NCBI RefSeq assembly: GCF_000284455.1
Contig: NC_017039.1
Location: 1,350,001-1,382,000, forward strand
DNA: 32,000 nucleotides
Reading direction: 5' to 3'
Source: Synechocystis sp. PCC 6803 substr. PCC-P
Lineage (GTDB): Bacteria > Cyanobacteriota > Cyanobacteriia > Cyanobacteriales > Microcystaceae
The position numbers were made by a program, and so were the translations under genes. The notes below the pieces were generated by a model, which was not told the origin of the DNA, searched no databases, and was given only the letters and a program-made list of their open reading frames with translations. The first letter of the stretch is position 1, and each line of letters begins with the position of its first letter. Positions 1 to 9,460 of the stretch are shown here, one piece after another.

Positions 1-606
1 GCGGTAATAGCTTCGGAAATCCTCCATATTGTCCTGGCGGATGGCCGTGATCAGATCATTGGTAAATCTTTCTGTGGAAACGTAATAAACCTTGGCGTTA
101 GGGTACATTTCCAGTCGGTAATGGGCGATCGCCTGCATGAGGTGGGTTTTGCCTAGACCAACGCCGCCACAGAGAAAAAGAGGATTAAATTCCCGTCCGG
201 GGGATTCTGCTACAGCCAAAGATGCCGCATGGGCCATGCGATTGGTGGGCCCCACCACAAAACGAGAAAAAGTATATTTACCATTGAGCGCTGTGGCATT
301 TTTAGGGGTGGTCTCCATGGGCAGAGAAGACTCCTGGCCAATTAAGCTATGGGGTTCCAAGCCATCGGTAATGAGCTTCACCGTGATCTCCTGGCCTGTT
401 AAATCCGTCAGTACCTCCATCAGCAGTGGTCCATAGCTTTTTTGCAGATGGTTCAGGACAAAACCATTCTCCACCTGAATGGTGGCCACCCCATCCCCCA
501 AGGAAATTAGGACTGATGCTTTGATCCAAGTGTCAAAGGCCGGTTTGGTTAACTGGGTTGCCAGGATTGCTAGGGCCTGTTGCCAAAGATTTTCGCAGGA
601 GACCAT
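1..606 (-). CDS. dnaA: Chromosomal replication initiator DnaA, N-terminal ~202 codons; the 3' end lies beyond the left window edge
   Basis: My reverse-strand translation from the ATG (complement of 604-606) reads MVSCENLWQQALAILATQLTKPAFDTWIKAS...REFNPLFLCGGVGLGKTHLMQAIAHYRLEMYPNAKVYYVSTERFTNDLITAIRQ. This matches the DnaA domain I plus the start of the AAA+ domain, with Walker A GGVGLGKTH. The frame stays open to position 1. It is absent from the ORF track because it is truncated by the window edge. Confidence 0.9.
   Translation of the reverse strand, partial: MVSCENLWQQALAILATQLTKPAFDTWIKASVLISLGDGVATIQVENGFVLNHLQKSYGPLLMEVLTDLTGQEITVKLITDGLEPHSLIGQESSLPMETTPKNATALNGKYTFSRFVVGPTNRMAHAASLAVAESPGREFNPLFLCGGVGLGKTHLMQAIAHYRLEMYPNAKVYYVSTERFTNDLITAIRQDNMEDFRSYYR
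125..132. repeat. HIP1 octamer GCGATCGC, first of about 30 copies in the window
   Basis: Exact GCGATCGC copies found by eye start at 125, 716, 1811, 2018, 4432, 5449, 5853, 8521, 9251, 9921, 11511, 12350, 12488, 12961, 13191, 13501, 13814, 15395, 15665, 17939, 19991, 20784, 21870, 23652, 28173, 28425, 28848 and 29773. A hand scan may have missed a few. Confidence 0.85.
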
Positions 607-660
607 CAAAAATATACAAATATACTTAGTAGGAAAACTCTATTGGTGAGCGTGAACGGC

Positions 661-1065
661 CTAAAACGATTGGAACATGATTGCTAAAAAAGCAAAGGTT
701 CCCACCACCACCAAGGCGATCGCCACCACAAAACTAATGGAAAGACGGGACTGGTAAGTGAAACGTCCCCGTTCAATGTGCTTTAAATCCTGACGGTGAT
801 TAATGGCCGCCGCCAGTAGGGCTAAGGTGCCAATGATAATAAAGGATAAACCCAAAGTCCGGGATAGGTGAAAACCATTTCTGCCCCCCGGAAACGCGCC
901 ATGGATGGCAGCGACAATACGGTCAATGCCCACGCCAAAACTGATCAAAGAAAGGCTGGTGCGAATCCAAGCCATTAATGTCCTTTCTGCGGCGGCCCGA
1001 TTCCGTTCCTTGGCCAATTCATTGGCTAAGTTATAGGGCTCTGGAGTTGGGGGATAATTATCCAT
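661..1065 (-). CDS. DUF202/YidH-family small inner-membrane protein
   Basis: The motif ERNRAAAERTLMAWIRTSLSLISFGVGI is followed by two more hydrophobic helices, which is typical of DUF202. The track ORF (to 1266) has a long odd N-terminal extension. The internal ATG at 1063-1065 (MDNYPPTPEPY...) gives the usual ~134-aa size, but the start is uncertain. Confidence 0.6.
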   Translation of the reverse strand: MDNYPPTPEPYNLANELAKERNRAAAERTLMAWIRTSLSLISFGVGIDRIVAAIHGAFPGGRNGFHLSRTLGLSFIIIGTLALLAAAINHRQDLKHIERGRFTYQSRLSISFVVAIALVVVGTFAFLAIMFQSF

Positions 1066-1282
1066 ACATTTCGCTAGCAAGTAAATTTGCTGTTTATCAA
1101 AAAAATGGACGCTAAAATCCCCTATTAAAGCCAAACCCAAGCAAAAGGCCCAAAGCCCAGAGACTTTGGACAATATGACCAGGTATTTGTCCCAGAGCTG
1201 AGGGGGCAATAGGCAATAACTGTGGGAAACTGAGAAAAACCAGATCCCTAGCCGGTTAACCCCCACCCTCTAACATTTAACC

Positions 1283-2458
1283 ATGGCCAATCCTGTCACT
1301 TTGCCCCAAACTTTTCTGTTACTCGGCTCTGGGGAATTGGGCAAGGAATTTACCATTGCCGCCCAGAGATTGGGCAATCGGGTCATTGCGGTGGACCGTT
1401 ATCCGGATGCGCCAGCCATGCAGGTGGCCCAGGTTGCCGAAGTCATTTCTATGTTGGATGGGAATGCCCTGGAAGCAGTGGTAAAAAAATATCAGCCGGA
1501 TTGGATTGTGCCAGAAGTGGAGGCCATCCGCACGGAAAAATTGTTGGAGCTGGAAGCCGGGGGCTATCGGGTCATTCCCACCGCCCAAGCCACCAATCTG
1601 ACCATGAACCGGGACCGGATTCGGGAGTTGGCCGCCCAACAGTTGGGGGTACGTACTGCCCGTTACAATTACGCCACCAGTTTGGCCGAGTTAGAGGAGG
1701 TAAGCCAGGCCATTGGTTTTCCCAATGTGGTCAAGCCGGTCATGTCTTCTTCGGGTAAGGGGCAATCTGTAGTTAACAATGCAGGAGAGGTGCAACAGGC
1801 CTGGTCAGCGGCGATCGCCGGAGCGAGGGGGGATCAGACCAAGGTGATTGTGGAGGAATTTATTCCCTTCGAGTTGGAAATTACGCTCTTAACTATCCGC
1901 CAATGGCAGGGAGAAACTCTGTTTTGTGATCCCATTGGCCACCGCCAAGAACGGGGAGACTATCAAGAATCATGGCAACCAGCCCCCTTAACCCAAAGGC
2001 AACTAGCCCAGGCCCAGGCGATCGCCAAAACCGTTACCGATGCTCTGGGGGGGGCGGGTATTTTTGGAGTGGAATTTTTCATTACCCCGGAGGAAGTGAT
2101 TTTTTCCGAATTGTCCCCCCGGCCCCATGACACTGGCATGGTTACCCTCATTTCCCAAAACTTGAACGAATTTGAGCTACATTTGCGGGCCATTTTAGGT
2201 TTACCCATTCCTCAAATTAAACAAACGGGGCCCGCCGCCAGCGCAGTTATCCTCGCTCTAGAAGCTGGGGAAAAGCTTAGTTACGCCGGATTAGCAGAAG
2301 CTTTAACAGAATCCGGCACCGATGTGCGTTTATTTGGTAAGCCCAATGCCAGACCCCATAGGCGTTTAGGAGTTGCCCTAGCCCAGGCAGAATCGGTCGA
2401 TGCAGCCCGACGTTTAGCCCAAACTGTGGCGGAAAAGGTAATAGTGCAAACAGAATAA
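1283..2458 (+). CDS. purT: Formate-dependent phosphoribosylglycinamide formyltransferase (GAR transformylase 2), ATP-grasp
   Basis: The 391-aa product starts LLLGSGELGKEFTIAAQRLG, has an ATP-grasp core (VVKPVMSSSGKGQS, EEFIPFELEITLL) and contains SPRPHDTG. The PurT resemblance runs the full length. Confidence 0.9.
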   Translation: MANPVTLPQTFLLLGSGELGKEFTIAAQRLGNRVIAVDRYPDAPAMQVAQVAEVISMLDGNALEAVVKKYQPDWIVPEVEAIRTEKLLELEAGGYRVIPTAQATNLTMNRDRIRELAAQQLGVRTARYNYATSLAELEEVSQAIGFPNVVKPVMSSSGKGQSVVNNAGEVQQAWSAAIAGARGDQTKVIVEEFIPFELEITLLTIRQWQGETLFCDPIGHRQERGDYQESWQPAPLTQRQLAQAQAIAKTVTDALGGAGIFGVEFFITPEEVIFSELSPRPHDTGMVTLISQNLNEFELHLRAILGLPIPQIKQTGPAASAVILALEAGEKLSYAGLAEALTESGTDVRLFGKPNARPHRRLGVALAQAESVDAARRLAQTVAEKVIVQTE

Positions 2459-2470
2459 CAGACAAACAAA

Positions 2471-2504
2471 AACTTCCCTAAGGAGAGATTCCCTGGGGGA
2501 AGTT
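2471..2504. terminator. Possible intrinsic terminator hairpin in the convergent purT / DUF1232 intergenic region
   Basis: aacttccc (2471-2478) pairs perfectly with gggaagtt (2497-2504). On the minus strand the hairpin is followed by a T-rich run (complement of gacaaacaaaa, 2461-2470). The loop is long (~18 nt), so this is weak. Confidence 0.3.
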
Positions 2505-2622
2505 AAAAAGCTCTGGGTTTTGGTCACTGTATTCCGTTGTCGAAATCCTCAGGATCTGAAAATTTTCCGCAGTTAGGGAATCAGGGGAAATTTAAGAACA
2601 TTTCAGGTTTGACCCGACCGAA

Positions 2623-2931
2623 TTAACTGTGGGCCACGTCCTGTCCCACCACATCCACCACATCCACCACCACGGTTTCCTGGGGGGCATCCTTTTCCTG
2701 CTTGGTTGTCTTGTTTTTTAAGCCAGTGAGAACCATTTGGGAAATTTCCGATACCAGCAAAGTGGCAATTAAACCATCGTCAATCCAACCAAGTACGGGG
2801 AAAACGTCGGGCAGAAAATCGATGGGACTGAGGAGATACACCAAGGAGCCGAGGACAATCCACCAACGGTACCGGGGATGGTTCAGCATTTGACGGTACC
2901 AACCATAGAGAGACTCGAGGGAAAATTTCAT
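2623..2931 (-). CDS. DUF1232 (YkvA-like) membrane protein
   Basis: WWIVLGSLVYLLSPIDFLPDVFPVLGWIDDGLIATLLV is the DUF1232 signature. The track ORF starts at a TTG (2973). The first ATG is at 2929-2931 (MKFSLESLYGWY...). Confidence 0.65.
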   Translation of the reverse strand: MKFSLESLYGWYRQMLNHPRYRWWIVLGSLVYLLSPIDFLPDVFPVLGWIDDGLIATLLVSEISQMVLTGLKNKTTKQEKDAPQETVVVDVVDVVGQDVAHS

Positions 2932-3120
2932 GGGGTGCGGGGGGAAAGAACAATTTAATTTTGGCAGATCCAATGGGGGCTCCGGGGGGGAAAACTCCCA
3001 GGCTTGGGGACGGATTTCCCTCTAGCCTTGGGTTTAGCCAGCAGTTTCTCTTTTGAGCGCTGACATTGCCCCCCAGTCGGCAATAATGTATCTGTCGTTA
3101 ACCTTGTCTTTGCCAGGCCC

Positions 3121-4101
3121 ATGCTGATTTCCCGTGCCCCTGTCCGCATTAGTTTTTTTGGTGGGGGAACCGATTATCCTGAGTATTTTCTCCAGCATGG
3201 TGGTGCGGTTCTAGCTACGGCAATCGACAAATTTTCCTACGTTACTGCTAGTCCTTTTCTGAGTCATTTATTTGACTATTCCATTCGCGTTTCCTACCGC
3301 AAAGTGGAATTGGTTAAAAATCCTAGCGAAATGGAGCACGTGGTTTTTCGGGAATGCTTGAAATTCTGTGGTTTAGAAAAAGATATTGAGCTTCATAACG
3401 TGGCGGATTTACCAGCTTTTACCGGTCTGGGGTCTTCCTCTGCTTTTACGGTTTCCTTGCTCCAGGCTCTGCACTCTTTTAAAGGGGAATTTATCCGTCC
3501 TTTGGATTTAGCCTATGAAGCCATTTATGTCGAAAGGCATTTGGTCAAAGACAAGGTGGGTTGTCAGGATCAACTAATGGCCGCCATGGGGGGATTTAAC
3601 TTGGTGGAATTTCGCAAGGAAGACGATATTGTGGTCAGTCGGGTCACCATGGCCCCGGAAAGGATGGCGGAGTTTGAAGAACATATTTTTATTGTTTTTA
3701 CCGGCATTAAACGGCGGGCAGCCAATGTGGTGGAAAAGCAATTAAAAAGGGTGGGTGATAATCGAGAAACCCTGAAACTGATGCGTGCCATGGTGGACAA
3801 AGGTTGGGACATTTTAACTAGTAACCAATGTTTGTCAGCCTTCGGAGAATTATTGGATCAAGCCTGGCAGGCAAAGCGAAGTTTAGATGTGGGCATTTCC
3901 AATGGCGACATTGACCGCATTTACCAACAGGGAAGGGAAGCCGGGGCCTGGGGCGGTAAATTGCTGGGGGCTGGAGCAGGGGGTTTTATGTTATTTTTTG
4001 CCCCCCCATCAGTGCATCCCCGTTTGGCGGAAACTTTTAAGGATCATCAAGTCTTGTCGGTAAAAATTAATGCCCCTGGTTCCCAGATCATCTTCTCTTA
4101 G
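3121..4101 (+). CDS. GHMP-family sugar kinase (heptose-phosphate / fucose kinase-like)
   Basis: The N-terminus SRAPVRISFFGGGTDYPEYF, GHMP motif II (LPAFTGLGSSSAFTVSLL) and motif III (GGKLLGAGAGGFMLFF) are all present. The substrate cannot be assigned from sequence alone. Confidence 0.75.
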   Translation: MLISRAPVRISFFGGGTDYPEYFLQHGGAVLATAIDKFSYVTASPFLSHLFDYSIRVSYRKVELVKNPSEMEHVVFRECLKFCGLEKDIELHNVADLPAFTGLGSSSAFTVSLLQALHSFKGEFIRPLDLAYEAIYVERHLVKDKVGCQDQLMAAMGGFNLVEFRKEDDIVVSRVTMAPERMAEFEEHIFIVFTGIKRRAANVVEKQLKRVGDNRETLKLMRAMVDKGWDILTSNQCLSAFGELLDQAWQAKRSLDVGISNGDIDRIYQQGREAGAWGGKLLGAGAGGFMLFFAPPSVHPRLAETFKDHQVLSVKINAPGSQIIFS

Positions 4102-4188
4102 GTTGAAAGCTGTTTATTTCCATGGACCCTGACGGTCAAGCAAGGGCAGGAAAAGTATCATGGATGATGACGCCCTAATTCTTTGCCC

Positions 4189-5580
4189 ATGAACTTAGCC
4201 ACCATTAAAGTCACCTTGCCGGAACTAATTGGCCGTTACCAGTCCCAGGCAGACTTTATCAGTATTCGTTTGGAACAGTCCGAAGGAACCCAAATTAGCT
4301 TGCGGAGTGACCAGGTGGAAACCCTCAGTGAGGGTATTGCCATGGGTGGCCAGGTGCGGGTTTGTCATCAAGGGGGTTGGGGTTTTGCCAGTTTTAACCG
4401 TTGGGAACAGTTACGCCAAAGACTAGAAGAGGCGATCGCCGCCGCGCGATTAATTGGGGATGATGAAACCCTGTTGGCTCCCATTGATCCGGTTCAACAA
4501 ACCTTTATCAATCCTTTAACGGGCAAAGATCCCCGCCAGATTAGTTTGGCTGATAAAAAAGCTCTGTGTGACCACTACAATGATTTGCTCCGGGGCACCA
4601 GCGATAAGATTACCACCACCCATGTGCGCTACAGCGACAGCCAACAAACGGTGTTGCTAGCTACTTCGGAAGGGACTCTGTTGGAGCAATGTTGGTGGGA
4701 TTTGGAAATGCGTTTTGCGGCCACCGCCAAAGATGGCAACGGCGTTCAAGTAGGTAGAGAAACCACAGGCTCCCGCCGGGGCTACGGGGATTTGGAAAAT
4801 TTAGACCAGGTGGTGCAGGGGGCGGCCCAACGGGCAGTGAAAGCGTTAACTTTGCCCACAGTGCAGGGAAAAACTTATCCGGTGGTGATTGACCCAATTT
4901 TGACTGGGTTATTTGTCCACGAAGCCTTTGGCCATCTGTCCGAAGCGGATATGCTCTACGAAAATCCCGACTTTTTGGAAGTGATGAGTTTGGGTCGGCG
5001 CTTTGGCCCGCCGGAATTACAAATTTTTGATGGAGCGGCTCCACCAGGGCACCGGGGTAGTTATGGTTTTGACGATGAAGGGGTGCCCGCCAGTACCACC
5101 CAGTTGATTAAAGATGGGGAATTGGTGGGTAGGCTCCATTCCAGGGAAACGGCGGGGAAATTGGGGGAAAAACCCACTGGCAATGCCCGCTGTTTGAACT
5201 ACCACTATCCCCCCATTGTGCGGATGACTAATACGTGGATTGGCCGGGGCGAAACTCCTGTGGCTAATTTGTTAGACGGCATTGAGGAAGGGATCTATGC
5301 CCAAAATTGGCTGGGGGGTATGACCAACGGGGAAATGTTCACCTTTAGCGCTGGAGAGGCCTGGATGATCCGCCATGGTCAGCTAGCGGAACCGGTTAAA
5401 GATGTGACCCTGTCCGGCAATGTGTTTAAAACCCTGGCTAACATCGAGGCGATCGCCGACGACTTTTATTGGGATGAGTCTGGGGGCTGTGGCAAAGGGG
5501 GCCAAAATGGTTTGGCGGTGGGTTGCGGTGGCCCCAGTTTACGCATCCGGGATGTGGTGGTGGGGGGCGATGCCGCCTAG
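4189..5580 (+). CDS. TldD/PmbA-family metalloprotease (TldD-like)
   Basis: It carries the [11 protein letters not shown] metal-binding motif and the Gly-rich C-terminus [22 protein letters not shown] typical of TldD/PmbA. The track start (4183) is a TTG. The first ATG is at 4189. Confidence 0.8.
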   Translation: MNLATIKVTLPELIGRYQSQADFISIRLEQSEGTQISLRSDQVETLSEGIAMGGQVRVCHQGGWGFASFNRWEQLRQRLEEAIAAARLIGDDETLLAPIDPVQQTFINPLTGKDPRQISLADKKALCDHYNDLLRGTSDKITTTHVRYSDSQQTVLLATSEGTLLEQCWWDLEMRFAATAKDGNGVQVGRETTGSRRGYGDLENLDQVVQGAAQRAVKALTLPTVQGKTYPVVIDPILTGLFVHEAFGHLSEADMLYENPDFLEVMSLGRRFGPPELQIFDGAAPPGHRGSYGFDDEGVPASTTQLIKDGELVGRLHSRETAGKLGEKPTGNARCLNYHYPPIVRMTNTWIGRGETPVANLLDGIEEGIYAQNWLGGMTNGEMFTFSAGEAWMIRHGQLAEPVKDVTLSGNVFKTLANIEAIADDFYWDESGGCGKGGQNGLAVGCGGPSLRIRDVVVGGDAA

Positions 5581-6653
5581 ACCCCTGCTGTTTCGGACTT
5601 TTGGGGGCAAATAATACCTCCCCCTAACACCCGATCGCCGTCATAGAGCACTGCGGCTTGCCCTGGAGTGATGCCAAATTGAGGTTCGTCAAAGACCAGT
5701 TTGATTTGTTGATCGTGCCAGGGAATGGCATTGACGGTCACTGGAGCGGAACGGTAGCGCACCTGCACTTCACAGCGGATGGGGGCTGTTGGCTCTGGAA
5801 TGGAAACCCAGTTGAGCCGTTGTACGTAGCATTCCCCACTGCCCGCACTCTGGCGATCGCCGACAATGACCCGATTCATCACCGGATCGAGCTTAACCAC
5901 GTATAACGGTTCCGCCGCCGCAATACCTAACCCTTTCCGTTGGCCAATGGTGTAGTGATGAATGCCTTCATGGTGGCCCAACACCGCCCCGGACAGATCA
6001 ACAATTTCCCCCGCTTTCGGGGCGATGTATTTGTCCAAAAAGTCCCGCATGGAGCCATGGGCTTCAATCAGGCATAAATCCTGACTATCTTTTTTTTCCG
6101 CTGTGCTCAAGTCAAATTCCGCTGCCAACTGTCGGGTCACAGTTTTGGTTTGCTCCCCCAGGGGAAACAGGGTGGCCGCCAAAATTTCCTGGGATAGGTC
6201 ATAAAGGAAATAGGATTGGTCCTTCTGGCGATCGACCGCCCGCAACAACTCGTAGCGTTGACTGGCTTCATTAAAGCGAATGCGTGCATAGTGCCCCGTG
6301 GCAATTTTATCGATACCGAGGGACTGCTGAGCATATTGCAGCATAGGGCCAAATTTGACCGCCTTATTGCATTGGGAACAGGGTAATGGGGTCACGCCCT
6401 CGCCGTAGCCCTGCACCAGATAATCAATGATGTGATTTTGGAATAAATCTCTGGTGTCCACAATTTCGTGGGGCACCCCCAACTGCTCACAAATGGAAGC
6501 GGCATCCACTAGCCCTTCCGAACAGCATTGACCCTTACCCTTCATTAACCAGAGGGTAACTCCCACCACGGCATAACCTTGACGGTGCAACAGGGCCGCC
6601 GCCACCGAACTATCTACTCCGCCGGATAGTCCCACCACTACTTTTTGCGTCAT
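5577..6653 (-). CDS. mnmA: tRNA-specific 2-thiouridylase (tRNA U34 2-thiolation)
   Basis: It has the PP-loop [15 protein letters not shown], the catalytic-Cys context ([10 protein letters not shown]) and IATGHYAR. The 358-aa length fits. Its 3' end overlaps the convergent TldD-like stop by 4 nt. Confidence 0.92.
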   Translation of the reverse strand: MTQKVVVGLSGGVDSSVAAALLHRQGYAVVGVTLWLMKGKGQCCSEGLVDAASICEQLGVPHEIVDTRDLFQNHIIDYLVQGYGEGVTPLPCSQCNKAVKFGPMLQYAQQSLGIDKIATGHYARIRFNEASQRYELLRAVDRQKDQSYFLYDLSQEILAATLFPLGEQTKTVTRQLAAEFDLSTAEKKDSQDLCLIEAHGSMRDFLDKYIAPKAGEIVDLSGAVLGHHEGIHHYTIGQRKGLGIAAAEPLYVVKLDPVMNRVIVGDRQSAGSGECYVQRLNWVSIPEPTAPIRCEVQVRYRSAPVTVNAIPWHDQQIKLVFDEPQFGITPGQAAVLYDGDRVLGGGIICPQKSETAGV

Positions 6654-6766
6654 TGCTGGTTTACTCTGCGCTCCAAATTGACAGGGGTTGCTTTAACAAA
6701 TAGGCCCTAACCCAGCTTAACCTAGAAAAACTACCGCCAGAAAATGAGCATGAATAAAACCTTGAT

Positions 6767-7864
6767 TCAATAATTTTCCTGATATTCAAAGCGGGTGTGG
6801 GGAGTGAAGTCTGCTAAACCATCACAGGCCATAATGCCCTGGGTCGTCAAACCTTTTGCTGGATAAGGATGGTAAATATTTAAAAAATCGTCCAACACCA
6901 TTGTCAGATCTTCATAGGCTACCGTCTGCTTCCTTAGGGCTTGGTCTAGAAAAGGAACTAGGGATGCTAAAAAATCCTGACTAACTATGGTGCCCAATTG
7001 GGCTTGATCCGTTAGACAGTTAAAACTTTTCTCGACCATGCCATTACTTTGAATTTGACAATGGTCTTGGCTCCGCTGCCAAATTTGATCATCTTCCAGG
7101 ATAGATCCCCCACCAAAGTCACGTTCGTGAGCAAATACGGTATGGACACAACCAACGGAATACACTGATGCTTGGTTACGACCGAAATAAGGATAACGAA
7201 AACTACAAACGTCCGTTAATAAATGGGTCTGGGGATGACGTTTAACATGGGCTGGGGCAAAAGAATCCTGGACGGTATGGAGCGATGCTCCAATAAATTT
7301 TAAACCCAATTGTTTGCGTTGATAGCGGTCCAAGTTTTGGTTGACTATTTGTTGGCCCGCCATTACCTCAGTGCCATAAATTACTGCATTTTTGATAAAA
7401 TTTTGAGACAGAATACAAGACTCTTTGGCACTAAGAGCCTGTTGTTGATGCGGGTCAAGATAATTACGGGTAAAATGCATTACCTGGGAATGGGATTCGC
7501 TGTGTTCGATCATCCCAGTCAGTATTTTTTTCTGTTCTTGGGCGGTAAAATGTTCCCATTCCTGTCCCAGCAAAATTCCGATTAAACTTGTGGCAAATGC
7601 CGGATCAAGTTGAGGAAAATCATTAACCACATTGCCATAGGCCAAAGGATGGGATAAATAATTTACGCCGCCGACATAATCACCATAAAAAACCCTAGTT
7701 AATTTATCATCACTGGATTGGAGTCTTGTGAGCGCAAATTTAGTCAGATATTCATGGCCTGGCACAATGTAACAAGAAAAAGCCTGAACAGGTGGAGCTT
7801 CCCAGGATAGCAACCAAATAAACCCCAGAAAAGATAGACATTTTTGAAAAAATGCTAGCTTCAT
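6767..7864 (-). CDS. Secreted hypothetical protein with a HET-C / Zn-phospholipase-C-like His-Asp motif
   Basis: From the ATG at 7862-7864 there is a signal peptide, MKLAFFQKCLSFLGFIWLLSWEAPPVQA. The motif GASLHTVQDSFAPAHVKR resembles the LHxxQD(F/Y)xAHS metal-site motif I recall from HET-C and PLC-like folds. The assignment is tentative. Confidence 0.5.
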   Translation of the reverse strand: MKLAFFQKCLSFLGFIWLLSWEAPPVQAFSCYIVPGHEYLTKFALTRLQSSDDKLTRVFYGDYVGGVNYLSHPLAYGNVVNDFPQLDPAFATSLIGILLGQEWEHFTAQEQKKILTGMIEHSESHSQVMHFTRNYLDPHQQQALSAKESCILSQNFIKNAVIYGTEVMAGQQIVNQNLDRYQRKQLGLKFIGASLHTVQDSFAPAHVKRHPQTHLLTDVCSFRYPYFGRNQASVYSVGCVHTVFAHERDFGGGSILEDDQIWQRSQDHCQIQSNGMVEKSFNCLTDQAQLGTIVSQDFLASLVPFLDQALRKQTVAYEDLTMVLDDFLNIYHPYPAKGLTTQGIMACDGLADFTPHTRFEYQENY

Positions 7865-7872
7865 GACCAAAA

Positions 7873-9339
7873 TCAAATGATGGCGAAAGCTGCTCCTGAT
7901 TGAGGGGCCATGGTCAAAAGTAACCCTGCGGTGTTCCGGTCAATTACGGTCTCACCATTAGCGCTAAATACAGGTTCAGCTATGTCTATTTTATCCAAAT
8001 TTATTATGTCTGGAGATAATATAATTTCTATTATGTTGTCACCACTATTAACGGCAACCATTAGGGTTTCATCGCCGTATTGCCGTTGAAAAACATAGCC
8101 CATACCTGCCGTGGCGATAATTTTGTAATCCCCCAATTGCAAACATTGATAGCGATGGCGCAGGGCAATCAATTGGCGGTAGAATTCCCAACAATCCAAG
8201 TCCCAGTCAGTTTTAGCAGGAAAAACTCGGCGACAATCGGGGTCGGCCTCCCCAGGCAAACCCACTTCGTCTCCGTAGTAAACACAGGGAGCACCGGGGA
8301 AAGTAAACATCAGTAAAAGAGCGAGGTTAACGCTGGGCCGATCGCCATTGGCTAGGGTTAATAAGCGGGCGGTGTCGTGGCTGTTGAGTAAATTTAATTG
8401 GGTTAACTGAATTTCCCAGGGATGTTGTTGCAGCAGTTGGCTAATTCTTTCCCCATAGGCTTCTGCAGTTAGGGCTGGGTAAGGACGATATTCTTCCCCC
8501 CGTAGATGTTCTTTTTGCAGGCGATCGCCAATGGCAAAAGCTACGGTAGGTTCGGTAAAGCGATAGTTCATCACCCCATCGAATTGATCTCCGGCTAACC
8601 AGGGGCTAGCATCACACCAAATTTCCCCCACAATGTAGGCTTCTGGATTAATGGCCTTGACCCTGCAGCGGAATTCTTGCCAAAAACCTTCCGCTTTGAC
8701 ACAATCGGGCACATCCAAACGCCAACCATCAATGCCCTGGGCAATCCAATACTCCCCCACCCGCATCAAATATTCCCGTACGTCGGGATGGTCATGGTTA
8801 AACTGGGGCAGGGCCCGCAAATCTACCCAGCCCCGATAGTTAGCTGGCAGAGAACCGTCATAGGCTGATAGGGGCCAATCTTCAATGTGAAACCAATCTA
8901 ACCAAGGAGAATGGGGGCCATTTTCCAAAATGTCGTTGAAAAAGTAGAAACCCCTGCTGGCATGGTTAAACACTCCATCCAAGACTACTTTCATCTCCCG
9001 GCGGTGGGCCTGGGTTAGTAAAGCCTGCAACGCCTCGTTGCCCCCCAGTAGAGGATCCACTTGGTAATAGTCATGGGTGTGATAACGGTGATTACAGGCG
9101 GACTGGAAAATGGGGGTCAAGTATAAAGCGGTAATGCCCGAATCCTGGAGATAATCCAAATGTTCGATCACTCCCCACAGGTTGCCCCCCTTATAACCCT
9201 GCACCGTTGGCGGGGCCTCCCATGGTTCTAGCTTTGGTTGTTGAGCGACGGCGATCGCCTGTTGTTGGCCGATGGCAAAACGGTCAGGAAAAATTTGATA
9301 GAAAACGGCTTTTTTCACCCAATCTGGGGTTGTAACCAT
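7873..9339 (-). CDS. Glycoside hydrolase family 13 (alpha-amylase / neopullulanase-like)
   Basis: All four GH13 conserved regions are present: DGVFNHAS, GWRLDVPD, YIVGEIW and LLNSHDTAR. The likely start is the ATG at 9337-9339 (MVTTPDWVKKAVFYQIFPDRF). The track start at 9399 adds an implausible 20-aa leader. Confidence 0.85.
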   Translation of the reverse strand: MVTTPDWVKKAVFYQIFPDRFAIGQQQAIAVAQQPKLEPWEAPPTVQGYKGGNLWGVIEHLDYLQDSGITALYLTPIFQSACNHRYHTHDYYQVDPLLGGNEALQALLTQAHRREMKVVLDGVFNHASRGFYFFNDILENGPHSPWLDWFHIEDWPLSAYDGSLPANYRGWVDLRALPQFNHDHPDVREYLMRVGEYWIAQGIDGWRLDVPDCVKAEGFWQEFRCRVKAINPEAYIVGEIWCDASPWLAGDQFDGVMNYRFTEPTVAFAIGDRLQKEHLRGEEYRPYPALTAEAYGERISQLLQQHPWEIQLTQLNLLNSHDTARLLTLANGDRPSVNLALLLMFTFPGAPCVYYGDEVGLPGEADPDCRRVFPAKTDWDLDCWEFYRQLIALRHRYQCLQLGDYKIIATAGMGYVFQRQYGDETLMVAVNSGDNIIEIILSPDIINLDKIDIAEPVFSANGETVIDRNTAGLLLTMAPQSGAAFAII

Positions 9340-9460
9340 GGTGATTCTAGTCCTTGTTAATAATTTGTTAATATTTACCCTGTCGTAATGGTGGGGCACA
9401 GGTTTTTAAAGGCAATTTTTCGATACACTGGAAGCTCAGTTTCCCCCCAGCCCTATTCCT

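Noticed and set aside
137-529. Track ORFs 137..436 (+) and 347..529 (-) inside the first 600 nt
   Set aside because: Both overlap the much better-supported dnaA reading frame on the minus strand (Walker A GGVGLGKTH and a DnaA-like N-terminus). Their translations are low-complexity with no motifs, so they are shadow ORFs.
607-660. Possible oriC or DnaA-box cluster upstream of dnaA
   Set aside because: I found no TTATCCACA- or TTTTCCACA-type 9-mers, in either orientation, in the 54-nt spacer or nearby intergenic DNA. The only TGTGGAAAC-like match (~74-82) is inside the dnaA coding sequence. The spacer is too short for an origin.
1066-1266. Long N-terminal extensions in track ORFs (for example 661..1266, 2623..2973, 7873..9399, 21482..24220, 28742..29149, 15800..16102, 14598..15242)
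   Set aside because: Several begin at TTG or GTG codons, which I verified in the sequence. They add leaders with no family counterpart or that run into neighbouring genes. Internal ATGs give products matching the expected family N-termini, so I used the shorter coordinates, with the start uncertainty noted.
1319-2469. Antisense or alternate-frame ORFs within purT (1319..1639, 1501..1758, 1963..2208, 2277..2465, 2281..2469)
   Set aside because: They lie entirely inside a confidently assigned gene and are Pro/Gly/Arg-rich, as expected from off-frame translation of GC-rich coding DNA. The same reasoning applies to the internal ORFs of the TldD-like gene, mnmA, GH13, ABC-F, mutS, pyrF, the TPR gene, the DMT gene and others listed in the track.
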